This document shows positions 1 to 9,699 of a DNA stretch of 64,000 bases, piece after piece; the first letter of the stretch is position 1; every line of letters begins with the position of its first letter. Position numbers and translations under genes: made by a program. The notes beneath the pieces were generated by a model. The model did not search any database. It was not told where the DNA came from and worked only from the letters and a program-made list of their open reading frames with translations. The DNA lies in assembly GCF_053078305.1 (NCBI RefSeq), contig NZ_CP166879.1. One strand, given 5' to 3'.

Positions 1-1279
1 GAACCTGTCCGTGTGCCGCCAGTTCGCCGGTGGTACTGACAGTCAGGTTGCCCGCTGCCGCCAGACGTCCGTCATCTTTCACCCCGGCGGCCAGCAGACT
101 CCGCTCACCGCCGGTCAGACGCGCTGTCTGAATCCGGGTGTTGCGACGTGATGCCACAGAGCCTGTATGGGTGAAGACACCATCACTCTGTATCTGCGTA
201 TCCTGCCCCGCATAAACAGAACCACTGTTATGCAGCTCCCGGGTTGTCGCCAGATGCACATCCGTTTTCGCACTGATACTGCCACTGTTTTCAATACGTC
301 CGTCAGCCGTCAGGGTAACCGCCCCTGCCTGTGCACCAATATGACCGGCGTTACGAACACCCACCCCCGTTTCCGTACCGACAAGGCGAATTTTTCCGGC
401 ATACATTCCGCCAAGACTGGCCACATCCAGTGCCATCTGAGGCTGTGAAGAGACATCACCGGTCTTTTTCTCAATCTGCCCGTGCGCGATATCCACATTG
501 TTACGTCCTGTGGTCACTTTCAGATCCTGCGCCCAGATACCCGCATTAATCTTCACAGACCGGGCAATGATATCGGTATAATCCGTGCGCGAGGCATCCA
601 TCCCTTTGCCCGTAACCTGAATCTCACCACGTTCAACACTGAATCCGGTCAGACTGCCGTTTTTCATCTGCGGCTGCCCCGTGGTCAGCGTGGCCCGGTT
701 CGCATTAATAAAACCGCACCCGTCGCAACTGATGCCGGCCGGGTTCGCAATCACCACCTGCGCCTTTTTACCGGCAACCTCAACAAAACCGTTCAACTGG
801 CTGGGATTGCGACTGTTCACTTCATTAAGAATGATTCTGGCCTCTCCCTTAGCCAGCCACGGGTTCCCGGCCACCATGCCACCCAGTTGAGTCTGCACAT
901 TGTTATGGGCATTATTCAGAATGACGCCCTGGTTACCGACGTCGAACTGGCTGTATGCGTTATGTGAAACCCCGCCGGCAGAAGGCGTCTGAATATTCAC
1001 CTGCGGAATGCCGCTGGCCGTCTGCGTAATCGTGGGCTGCTGATACCCTGGTGCGCCATGGTCTGCGACAATGCCTGCAGCACTGACAGAATGCACCATC
1101 CCCGAAGCCAGCCACAAAGAGAATGCAAGCGGCGTGACACGGCAGATACGTTGCCTGTGTGGATATCCTGTGCGGGAGGACAGTGATGTACCGGCGCGAC
1201 CGGAACGGGCAATATCTGCCACCACCATCAGCATTCCCCGGGCTTTGTTAAAAATAATGCGGTAACAATTTCTGTTCAT
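1..1279 (-). CDS. cdiA: TpsA/CdiA-like large exoprotein, N-terminal part only (start at 1279, continues beyond window start)
   Basis: Manual minus-strand translation from ATG at 1279..1277 gives MNRNCYRIIFNKARGMLMVVADIARSGR (extended signal peptide region) followed by a TPS secretion domain with ANPAGISCDGCGFINANRATLTTG; frame stays open to position 1. Absent from the ORF track because no stop lies in the window. Confidence 0.8.
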   Translation of the reverse strand, partial: MNRNCYRIIFNKARGMLMVVADIARSGRAGTSLSSRTGYPHRQRICRVTPLAFSLWLASGMVHSVSAAGIVADHGAPGYQQPTITQTASGIPQVNIQTPSAGGVSHNAYSQFDVGNQGVILNNAHNNVQTQLGGMVAGNPWLAKGEARIILNEVNSRNPSQLNGFVEVAGKKAQVVIANPAGISCDGCGFINANRATLTTGQPQMKNGSLTGFSVERGEIQVTGKGMDASRTDYTDIIARSVKINAGIWAQDLKVTTGRNNVDIAHGQIEKKTGDVSSQPQMALDVASLGGMYAGKIRLVGTETGVGVRNAGHIGAQAGAVTLTADGRIENSGSISAKTDVHLATTRELHNSGSVYAGQDTQIQSDGVFTHTGSVASRRNTRIQTARLTGGERSLLAAGVKDDGRLAAAGNLTVSTTGELAAHGQV

Positions 1280-1294
1280 TCTGATAAACCTGAC

Positions 1295-1822
1295 TTATCT
1301 CTCCGGCACATCCACAGCAAGCGGGTGCTGCACACGCCACTGGCGCGCCTCTTCACGACTGACCTGTGCACCCCGGAAATTCATCACCCGTAACCCGGTC
1401 TGCTGCCCACGGTGGTACAGCGAACGCCAGCACAGACGGGGAAAAATATCCTGCCGGACAAGACGACTCATATCCGGAGTGTGTCCAAAAGGGGCAACCC
1501 AGTCACAGACCCACATCCGGTCGCCGCTGTTCCAGTCCGACTGAGGCATGAGAATTGCCGGCTGCGTAAGATAACGCGCCTCTGCCTCCGGGCTGAGCCA
1601 GGCCTGGCTCATGAAGAAAACCGGTCGCCCCTGCTCTGTTGCCACCACATACTGTCGGTGCTTAATCACCGGCAGCAGCAGGTCCGGCAGGGTATGCAGT
1701 GGCGCATCACGATGCAGGGGGGAGTGCATCCACAACCAGACGGCCGCCCCCAGGACTTCCGCCTCATTGACCGGCTCACCGGAATACAGGGGACTCAGAA
1801 CGTCATATTTCCCGTTACGCAT
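1295..1822 (-). CDS. cdiC: HlyC-family toxin-activating lysine acyltransferase (CdiC-like)
   Basis: 175 aa ORF between cdiB and cdiA; WLWMHSPLHRD and SGDRMWVCDWVAPFGH resemble HlyC/CyaC acyltransferases as I recall them. Confidence 0.7.
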   Translation of the reverse strand: MRNGKYDVLSPLYSGEPVNEAEVLGAAVWLWMHSPLHRDAPLHTLPDLLLPVIKHRQYVVATEQGRPVFFMSQAWLSPEAEARYLTQPAILMPQSDWNSGDRMWVCDWVAPFGHTPDMSRLVRQDIFPRLCWRSLYHRGQQTGLRVMNFRGAQVSREEARQWRVQHPLAVDVPER

Positions 1823-1831
1823 GAAACTTTC

Positions 1832-3571
1832 TCAGAAATCCCGGAACAGATTAAAACCGGCTGTCACATCACTCGTCATAAAACCCGCCGGCTTTGAAAA
1901 CGGACGACCGATGAAAACGTCATAATCCGTACTGAACAGTTGCCCCCTCAGCCCCACAACACCACCGGCCAGATGACGTCCCACCAGATATTCACTGCCG
2001 GCTCCCCCCACCTCGCCGTAATCCATTCCCAGATATAACGCCTGCTCCGGCAGTGGCGTACGCCAGGCCAGGTCGTTGCGGATATACCAGCCGTTACTGG
2101 CATTCAGCGTTCGCTCCCCGTCAAAACCACGAACCGTCCAGCGGTTACCGATGGCAAACTGTTCCTGTGGGGTCAGCGGGGTATTGCTCAGCTGGCGCTG
2201 ATACCGGAAGGAATAACTGAAGGGCTGCTCTGCCAGTGTAAAGGGCAGATTAAAGGATGCATTCATCTGCAGGATCTTACTGAGCGCCGTTGCCTCACCG
2301 AAGATTTCCTCCGGTGCCGGCTGTGCACCAAACCAGCGGGTTCCCCGTTGCCAGCTGACACCAGCATCCAGTGTGGCCTGAGAAATATAATGACGGTGCT
2401 GCAGCCCAAGTCGCCAGGCCGCTGTCTGCCGGCGCTGCACCTGGATTTCCGTATCATTAATGTAGTTACGCGACCTGCGGGCCTGAACATCGTAAGTCAG
2501 CACCGTTTTCTGCGTCCCGTTACGATGCAGTACCCGGCTCAGCTGCATGCCCAGATTCTGACTCTCGCCACTGTACTGGTAATCCTCAACCGCACCAGCT
2601 ACCGTCTGATGGTAATCGTAATCACTGGCGGTGACGGAAAACTGCCAGTAACCGAAAGGCACAGAGTAATGGGCCGTGTAGTTTTTACTGCCCTTACCCC
2701 CGTAATGTGGAAAATTATGGGTGGCAGAAACATACAGCAGGTCACTCAGGGAAAAAGGATTATCCAGAGAAAATGTTATACCACCGAGATAACGCCCTGT
2801 GCTGCGGGTACCTGAATCATCAAGCGAAAACCCCAGTCGCCAGTATTTATCCTGTTTACGGGTAATAAGAATATCACTTTCCCCTGGCTGCTCACCGGGC
2901 ACAATTTCCATATCAGCCTGCACACCCGGCAGTCGTTGCATATTCTCCAGCCCCTGCTCAATGTCCCGTAAATCCAGCAGAGAACCTTCGTGTGCCGGGA
3001 ATGAGGAATACAACTGAATATAGTCATCACTGTCCGGTGTCAGACGCACATGTCGCACAACACCGGGAATAATAACCAGCCGGAGGATACCGCTTTTTAA
3101 ATCCTGCGAAGGTGCCAGAACACGGGTGGTGACATAACCATGATCGACCAGACGGTTCTGCAATGTACTCATCAGCAGATTAATTCCTTTCGCCCCCAGG
3201 CAATGCCCGACCGCCCCGTTGGCGATTTTTTGTAAAGGCAGCCAGTGTGGTAACGCATCAGCCCCCTTCAGTTCCGTCTGTTTAATCTGAAAACAGGGCG
3301 TTTCAACAGGAAAATTAATCTTATGGGCAAAAGAGCCAGGTGCAGAAAGGCGAACATCAGGGGCTGAAGGCGTCAGTTGTTGCTCAAGGGCTTCCTGACG
3401 CTGCTGCTGAATGATAAATGTATCCTCTCCACTACGCCGGATATCCGCTGCCTGAAGAGATAAAGGCGATAGTAAAACAGACATCAGTGTCAGTGACAGC
3501 AAGGACGGACAGCGCCGGAATACGCTTTGTTCCTCAGCCCTCTCGTTCCTGCAACATAATTTTCCAGTCAA
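1832..3571 (-). CDS. cdiB: TpsB/CdiB outer-membrane two-partner secretion transporter (ShlB/FhaC family)
   Basis: 579 aa ORF with N-terminal signal peptide, POTRA-like region and C-terminal aromatic-rich beta-barrel ending in F; directly upstream of cdiC and cdiA in the same orientation. Exact start codon uncertain. Confidence 0.75.
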   Translation of the reverse strand: MTGKLCCRNERAEEQSVFRRCPSLLSLTLMSVLLSPLSLQAADIRRSGEDTFIIQQQRQEALEQQLTPSAPDVRLSAPGSFAHKINFPVETPCFQIKQTELKGADALPHWLPLQKIANGAVGHCLGAKGINLLMSTLQNRLVDHGYVTTRVLAPSQDLKSGILRLVIIPGVVRHVRLTPDSDDYIQLYSSFPAHEGSLLDLRDIEQGLENMQRLPGVQADMEIVPGEQPGESDILITRKQDKYWRLGFSLDDSGTRSTGRYLGGITFSLDNPFSLSDLLYVSATHNFPHYGGKGSKNYTAHYSVPFGYWQFSVTASDYDYHQTVAGAVEDYQYSGESQNLGMQLSRVLHRNGTQKTVLTYDVQARRSRNYINDTEIQVQRRQTAAWRLGLQHRHYISQATLDAGVSWQRGTRWFGAQPAPEEIFGEATALSKILQMNASFNLPFTLAEQPFSYSFRYQRQLSNTPLTPQEQFAIGNRWTVRGFDGERTLNASNGWYIRNDLAWRTPLPEQALYLGMDYGEVGGAGSEYLVGRHLAGGVVGLRGQLFSTDYDVFIGRPFSKPAGFMTSDVTAGFNLFRDF

Positions 3572-3732
3572 ACGAAAAACCTTTTATTCATGCCATACCA
3601 ACAATCACCAGCCTCCTGACGATACCTCCCACCATGTTTTGCAGTGGTACGCTACCGCCCTTCCGGTATTTACCCACACCAACCGGTACCAGAATGCTGA
3701 GTAACAAATCCGTTCAGAATTGACTTAATTTT

Positions 3733-3808
3733 GATCATTATAGAATAATGATCTGAGCGACAGCAATATGACAGATTTATCGATCGATATAACACAAATG
3801 AACAGATC
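3733..3808. promoter_or_regulatory. Candidate regulatory region upstream of cdiB with four GATC sites and two palindromes
   Basis: GATC at 3733, 3750, 3782, 3805; perfect 9-3-9 palindrome gatcattat-aga-ataatgatc at 3733..3753; palindrome tatcgatcgata at 3778..3789; direct repeat atatcgcaaaa at 3822 and 3838. Confidence 0.3.
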
Positions 3809-4159
3809 TTTATTCTGCCGAATATCGCAAAAACAGCATATCGCAAAACTTATAACCATAATTAATGGAAAAGTGCAGAAAATTATTCCACTGAATGCTT
3901 TTAATACAGTTGGTTAGCTAAAAAAATATCATTTTTTGATTTCAGTCATTGAAAATTGCAATGCGTGACGATTCAACAGCATTTAAGTGAGTTTCAGGAT
4001 ATGGGAAGGACATGAAAGGAGGAGCGTAATAAAACACACAGGAAGAAGGGGAAAATGTTTCGTAAAAACAGAAAATTAACAGCGCACATCAGGAAACTCA
4101 GTCTCCTGATTCAGTGCTACCACATGAAAATTTAGTTAACTGTTACCGTACTAAAATTT

Positions 4160-4351
4160 ATGTCAGAAGATGTTCCATTACCGAAAGTCAATCAGCGATA
4201 CAAAGACGATCATGGTGCGCTTGTCACCGTGACCAGTGTTGAGGAAACCCGGGTGGTGTTTATGCGGGAGGGCTATCCGCATCCCTGCATGCGACCGATG
4301 TACAACTTTCTGGGAAAATTCAAACCCGAAGCTCGGGAAGAAACAGAATAA
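4160..4351 (+). CDS. Small hypothetical protein (63 aa)
   Basis: ORF only; no family recognised. Confidence 0.3.
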   Translation: MSEDVPLPKVNQRYKDDHGALVTVTSVEETRVVFMREGYPHPCMRPMYNFLGKFKPEAREETE

Positions 4352-4403
4352 AACGAAATCCCTGCCGGCAATCACACTGCCTGATGGCAGCATAATCCAC
4401 TTA

Positions 4404-4712
4404 TTAATTCTCATCCCCGGAGACAAGCCCGGAAAACCACTCCGGGTGTTCACTGTATGCCGTGTTCAGCGCATCCCAGGAAACGTTTATATAAAAGCTG
4501 TCCTGCAATTTCCGGGTAACCACCTCTGCCAGGCGGTTCCGGTTATCCACCAGTCCAGCATAACCTATCTCTGCCAGCCACTCATTCAGTTCATGTTCCA
4601 GAGACAGATTGACAATATCGTAATCGGACCTTGCCATTCCCGTTTCCTTAGCACATGTTTTCAGGCACGGGGATAAAGTATAAAGAATGTCGTACTGCTG
4701 CTGCCAGAGCAA
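4404..4712 (-). CDS. Hypothetical protein (102 aa), possibly the 3' part of a frameshifted gene
   Basis: ORF immediately downstream of 4733..5392 in another frame. Confidence 0.3.
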   Translation of the reverse strand: MLWQQQYDILYTLSPCLKTCAKETGMARSDYDIVNLSLEHELNEWLAEIGYAGLVDNRNRLAEVVTRKLQDSFYINVSWDALNTAYSEHPEWFSGLVSGDEN

Positions 4713-4732
4713 TATTCCCCCTGATGGTTGTA

Positions 4733-5392
4733 TCAGAGATGGTATGCCGGTACTTTGCGGGTTGTTCCTGTCAGGTTATCGTGCACCTCCACGGTCGTGG
4801 TCACCACCGGCATTCCGGCCTTTCTCAGCCTCAGAACATCAGCCGCAATACGCTGACTGCCAAACCAGAACAGGCCGTCCAGTGCAGTCACCAGTAAACC
4901 CGCCTCCAGTGCATACTTCAGCCGTTCACGGGGCGCTTTCACTTCCCGGGCAACCTGCTGATATGGCAATGATGTGTTTTCATTCCCAACCACGCGACGA
5001 ATACGGTGAGACAGATGATACCGGAATGTATCCGGCACACCAGAAAGGCTGGCCTTCAGGCTGTACACGCAGCCAAACCGTTTATCGTTAAACACCACAT
5101 TTTTCTGACTGATGTCCCATTCTTCACGCAGCGCGGCAATCAGTTGTGGTGTCCGGGTAAGCAACAAGCGAAAAGGCAGTTCAAAACTGGTGACGTAATC
5201 CACATTCAGCAGTGCAATACGCAGCCGTTCTTCTGGCCCGGCCTCTGTCTGCCGGCACTCCTCCAGAACATCCTGCCACTGCTGGCGAAGACAGGGCGAT
5301 TCGTTCCGTTCTGTAAAACAGTATTTATCCGCCAGATAGTCAATTCGTGTATGCATACTGAAGAGTATTCCGTATAAAGATTCAGCTGGCAA
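4733..5392 (-). CDS. Hypothetical protein (219 aa), possibly the 5' part of a frameshifted gene
   Basis: ORF in the minus-strand gene block; the next ORF starts 21 nt downstream in a different frame. Confidence 0.4.
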   Translation of the reverse strand: MPAESLYGILFSMHTRIDYLADKYCFTERNESPCLRQQWQDVLEECRQTEAGPEERLRIALLNVDYVTSFELPFRLLLTRTPQLIAALREEWDISQKNVVFNDKRFGCVYSLKASLSGVPDTFRYHLSHRIRRVVGNENTSLPYQQVAREVKAPRERLKYALEAGLLVTALDGLFWFGSQRIAADVLRLRKAGMPVVTTTVEVHDNLTGTTRKVPAYHL

Positions 5393-5444
5393 AACTTTAT
5401 CAGTCTGTAAAAACTAACGGAAGAGTCGATATTTCTCCCGTCCA

Positions 5445-5942
5445 TCACCGGATGATTGTTGCAATACCCCGTGGCATCAGAGACTGAACAGCCGTTTTTA
5501 ACGCAACGTATTGCTCTGATGTATCAGGCCGGACAACCCGAAAACACCTTTCCACCCGGCATTGTCCGCCAGCGCTTATCACCGGCCAGGTCTGTTGCAG
5601 TAAATCCGCCACTTGCGAACATGCTTCATCAACTGTAACACTGGCCCGCGGATGGCAAACACTCGTCTGGCTGAGCAGTAACAGGCAGCGTATTGTTGCT
5701 CCTCCATGTTGTTCCCGCAACCAGCGTAATACCACCGGCGATGATGGGCTGGCAGTGTGATTACGCACAGTAATAAGTTCATAAAAGGAAGTACAGAATG
5801 TCTGAATCTGTTGACCACAGACGCCTTCTGTCGAATGAAGTGTGAAGTGGATTGCCAGCAGATGTGGCCTGTGATCCACCGCCTGCTGCACAAAACGCCG
5901 GATTTCCCCCGGCTCTGAAAGTAAGGCTTCGGTTATTTGCAC
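5445..5942 (-). CDS. Hypothetical protein (165 aa)
   Basis: ORF only; may be a separate gene or a C-terminal remnant of the upstream Gp2-like gene. Confidence 0.35.
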   Translation of the reverse strand: MQITEALLSEPGEIRRFVQQAVDHRPHLLAIHFTLHSTEGVCGQQIQTFCTSFYELITVRNHTASPSSPVVLRWLREQHGGATIRCLLLLSQTSVCHPRASVTVDEACSQVADLLQQTWPVISAGGQCRVERCFRVVRPDTSEQYVALKTAVQSLMPRGIATIIR

Positions 5943-6291
5943 TATTTTATCTCTGTTGAATTTGGTTAAGTCGGTGCAGACTCATCAACACAAGTACGGT
6001 TCGATGCAAACAGCTGTGACTGGCAATATGAAAGGAATGATGAATCAGTCAGGATGACAAAGTGCCGTCTGACCGGAGGGGACACAGGAAGATTCACGGA
6101 GGGACCAGCACTAGGGAACAGCGCCACATCCCGGGTGGTACTGCTTTGATGCGCCCGGTGACACAAAGCCCGGATTGTTCCAGACATCCTGAATCAAACG
6201 CCCCAGATCAGGGGCGTCGAAATATGCCTCTCTGGCCATTATATTCCGGCGTACAGGTAGCAGGTCAGAAGTGACAATGCGTCACCTAACG

Positions 6292-6858
6292 TTAAAAGTC
6301 ACTACACCCAAGATGACGTTCAACAGCACCATGCGATTCAATGTAAGCCCGGGCTGTCTGTTCCAGTACACCAGGCTCAGCGTTGTATGTGTTAGCTGCA
6401 TCAAATACCAACGACAACACTTCAGGATACACAACCAGATGTGTAATGGAGTTATCTTCACTCAATACTTTTCCCCACGCCTGCTCAATCAGATTTCTTA
6501 GAACCACCACCTCACGACTCTTACACCAGACATCGTTATTAAGTAGCAGCACCATAAGATAAGGAGTGGTATCGTTAGCCACAGCTTCCCTACTCCAGAG
6601 ATAATATAAAGGGGTGGGCTCAACAGATTTATCTTTACGTCTCTTGCACTGCAAATATTCAGAAATGAGTCTATGCAGTTCACCAGTAAAATCAGCCATC
6701 AGAGAGGGAATGGCCTTATTAATACCCTGCCCTGGTATTAATTTAAATTGTAATAATTTAATTTCAGGATGTGTAGCTGCAGCCCGATACAGAGTTGCAA
6801 GGACACACTTTTGCCAGAGGGCGTTACAGGAAAGCTTAACATTTGATTCTGTATACAT
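6292..6858 (-). CDS. YagK/YfjJ-family (inovirus Gp2-like, DUF3296) protein
   Basis: 188 aa; segments HPEIKLLQFKLIPG, LYYLWSREAV and YLMVLLLNNDVW resemble my recollection of E. coli YfjJ/YagK. Shorter than typical (about 280 aa), so possibly truncated. Confidence 0.5.
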   Translation of the reverse strand: MYTESNVKLSCNALWQKCVLATLYRAAATHPEIKLLQFKLIPGQGINKAIPSLMADFTGELHRLISEYLQCKRRKDKSVEPTPLYYLWSREAVANDTTPYLMVLLLNNDVWCKSREVVVLRNLIEQAWGKVLSEDNSITHLVVYPEVLSLVFDAANTYNAEPGVLEQTARAYIESHGAVERHLGCSDF

Positions 6859-7329
6859 AATAAATCACCTTACAGTTACAACAGGTCAAAAACCGCTGTA
6901 GCCAGAGTTACGCTGGCCTGATGCTTTAGTGTCGAGCTTCGTCAGATAATCCAGACGTGCCAATAAGCGCTGATACTGCTCAGGGAAATCAGGAGCATTA
7001 ATATCCTGGATGTCACGTCCATTAGCAGGGAAATGAACAATGCAGCCCCCTGGATTAACTATGCAGAAATCATCCTGAGGCACTGATAAATACGGAGAGG
7101 ACTCTCGCGTATGGTTGATTGACACCACAGTGCGAATTCGGCGAATGCGAGATCACGGTACGATTCCGCACCACACTACCAATCAATACCCCGGGTTTTA
7201 TTCAGGTAAGCAGGACTGCGGATATCCGGTGTCGCGCCTTTGTGTCACGAACGGGGTGGGTGCGAAACACCAGATAAAATACAGGTTGGCAATACCTCTG
7301 AACGCCCTGAGCAGGTCGGGCATTTCGGA

Positions 7330-7755
7330 TTAAGTACTCGCACCTCCGCAGTCCTCAAACAAGTCTGGCTGGTAGCTGTAAACAGACTTCGTACATACCG
7401 CTCTGCAATAAATCCCCGTACCACAGGCCTCACAGAACTTCTTCCCATGAAAAAACTGCTCACACATCACACAATGCCACTCCAGCACGACCGGTAATGG
7501 CGATAAAAACATCGCCATATCCTCAATGTAAGGGTGGGACTTCTCCGGATTCAGCACCACACAGTCCGCCTTCTGTTGCTCACTCAGGGCATGTAAATCA
7601 TGCTCAAACCACGCCCCCTGAGCATCTGTCTGCAGAATCAACCGGCCATGGCAGGAAAGGCAGAAACACTGCCGGATATTTCTGCTGAGCGCAGAGTCGG
7701 CACTGATAATGTGCTCACCCGGCGTGATCCCCAGCCCCGTTTTTATACCGTTCAT
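7330..7755 (-). CDS. Zinc-ribbon protein, paralog B (141 aa)
   Basis: Cys clusters CFCLSCHG and WHCVMCEQ...CEACGTG, plus WFEH and LPVV motifs shared with the upstream paralog; start overlaps the upstream stop by 4 nt (ATGA). Confidence 0.55.
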   Translation of the reverse strand: MNGIKTGLGITPGEHIISADSALSRNIRQCFCLSCHGRLILQTDAQGAWFEHDLHALSEQQKADCVVLNPEKSHPYIEDMAMFLSPLPVVLEWHCVMCEQFFHGKKFCEACGTGIYCRAVCTKSVYSYQPDLFEDCGGAST

Positions 7756-8135
7756 TCTGCTCCCCCCTCCTCACTGAAGCGCCCGGTCTGGCAGTGTGTG
7801 CAGTACTGCTCCCCATAATAATCGTGGTGACATTGCCTGCAGTGCCAGCTGGCTTTACGTACTACGGGTAAGGCATCCGGGACGAATTGCTGCAGACGTT
7901 TAATCAACCGTATTTCTCTGCGTTCCGGCCTGACATAAGGGCACTCATGACCGTGCTCCGTCAGCCCTTCGTCAGCGTGTTCAAACCAGGGCCGTTCAGT
8001 GTCGTATTGCGGGTGGTATCTGAGTGCACTGCCGCAAAGGTGGCAGGTGTAGCTATCGTAAGGTGCAGTCTGTGCGGTACGGGCACCGGTCAGACGTCCG
8101 TTGCCATCAAGTGCGAGAAAAGATTTTGCGTACAT
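7752..8135 (-). CDS. Zinc-ribbon protein, paralog A (127 aa)
   Basis: Cys clusters CHLCGS and WHCRQCHH...CTHCQTG with WFEH motif; GAGGAA ribosome-binding site upstream of ATG at 8135. Confidence 0.55.
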   Translation of the reverse strand: MYAKSFLALDGNGRLTGARTAQTAPYDSYTCHLCGSALRYHPQYDTERPWFEHADEGLTEHGHECPYVRPERREIRLIKRLQQFVPDALPVVRKASWHCRQCHHDYYGEQYCTHCQTGRFSEEGGAE

Positions 8136-8507
8136 AGTATATGTTCCTCAGCCGCCAGACGACACGCAGGCAACAGCCGTCCCGGTACGGGCAGCGTGGT
8201 CAGGGTGTGAATGGCGGTTCAGTTAAAATCTGGACTGGAGTTTGGGTAAAGCAGGCTGGTTGCTGTTACAGCACTGTGGTTGTCACACAATGGCCCACTG
8301 ACGTAAAAAACAGTCAGTAAGCAGAGATGGAGATTGGGGGATGTGCTGTATCGGTTGCCGGAAGGAATGGTAAAGAATGTGTCATGGTTAAATCTCCGTA
8401 TGGTTCATACGGAATGGCCACGCCGTAAAAAATGCGCAGAGCCGCTGAAGTGGCCGCCGGAACCGACAGCAAAGATTAGCGCCAGCCCGTACTTGTCGTT
8501 CAGGGGC

Positions 8508-9107
8508 TTACACCAGAGCACATATCCCCGGCAGGGGGCTGTCCAGTCGTGGTCGACCACGGTTACTTTTTTCAGGAAGCCCGCTGCATTTCAGGATGAT
8601 GCCACATTCTTTCTGTTCCCGTTTGGCCAGGTAGCTGATGGCATAGCGTAAATCATTCACCGCTTTGTGATCTGAATAGTGAATGACGTGGTTAATGTTT
8701 ACCGGATAATTTTTATTAAACCGGCACCAGTGGTAGTAACCATTACCATCGGTAACCCGCCTCCAGATATCTCCCATCAATCTGGATACCAGATACGAAC
8801 TCCTGTGGATCTGACCGTTCAGATAGCCCACAAAATGAATGTGAAGCCCTTTACGTTCTGTATATTCCATCACCCAGGCATACCCGACCAGTTTCTCTCC
8901 CACCTCGTTAATCAGTTGCAGCATCTCCGCGCACATGGCGTACCTGCAGGCGCATCCGTAGCTGAATGTGTTTTTTCGGTAAGCAAAATCCATTCTGAAC
9001 GGTAACAGCTTCGAATAGACCCCGAATAATGAATCCAGATGCTGGTTAAAGTGTGTCAGGAGCTGGGGAGCCATTTCGTAAGCGGGATTGGTGTTATAAG
9101 TTTGCAT
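8508..9107 (-). CDS. YagK/YfjJ-family (inovirus Gp2-like) protein, second paralog
   Basis: 199 aa; motifs YAWVMEYTERKGLHIHFVGYLNG resemble the conserved core of the YfjJ/YagK family; GAGGAA ribosome-binding site before ATG at 9107. Confidence 0.5.
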   Translation of the reverse strand: MQTYNTNPAYEMAPQLLTHFNQHLDSLFGVYSKLLPFRMDFAYRKNTFSYGCACRYAMCAEMLQLINEVGEKLVGYAWVMEYTERKGLHIHFVGYLNGQIHRSSYLVSRLMGDIWRRVTDGNGYYHWCRFNKNYPVNINHVIHYSDHKAVNDLRYAISYLAKREQKECGIILKCSGLPEKSNRGRPRLDSPLPGICALV

Positions 9108-9338
9108 GTTTCTTCCTCGTGTTCTGTAACACAGGAAGAAGCGCTGGCGTAATTTTTGAAGAAAACGTTATCACACGAAGACGTGCAAGTTCACAACTCC
9201 CCGGGCGCCACAGAGAAAGTGGGAGCACACCCGGGTATCAGAACCATACAGAGAACGGCATACGTGACTGTCAATCACAGCGCAGATAATATCTGATATG
9301 ATGTCATTGTGACGACTGTACTTCATCAGAAACATTTA

Positions 9339-9551
9339 TCAGGTAACATATTTCCAGACTGAAGCGGGAACACGATCGTAAAGTTTGTTCATGGTCAGTT
9401 CTGCCAGCCGGTGATCGACCGCAGAGTTGAAGGCTTCCATCTCCGCTGGAGTAAGCTTATAACGCGTGTGGGAAATCACTTTTTCCAGTGTCTCCCGGGA
9501 TGAACAACGACGGAACTGATACAGCCAGTCTTCTTTGGTCTTAACTTCCAT
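9339..9551 (-). CDS. Hha/YmoA-family modulator paralog (70 aa)
   Basis: C-terminal [22 protein letters not shown] is near-identical to the Hha signature as I recall it; start ATG at 9551 chosen inside the longer 117 aa ORF. Confidence 0.75.
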   Translation of the reverse strand: [70 protein letters not shown]

Positions 9552-9699
9552 TATCCTCTCGTTATTTTGTGCTGTGATTAACGTTAACATAATACCGTCA
9601 GAATAACGTATTCTGACGTCATCCCGGAAGTCTTTCCACTTTCCTGTCTCTCCGGTAATAAAACATTTTAAATGCTGAAGGCATAACGCCATAACCAGA

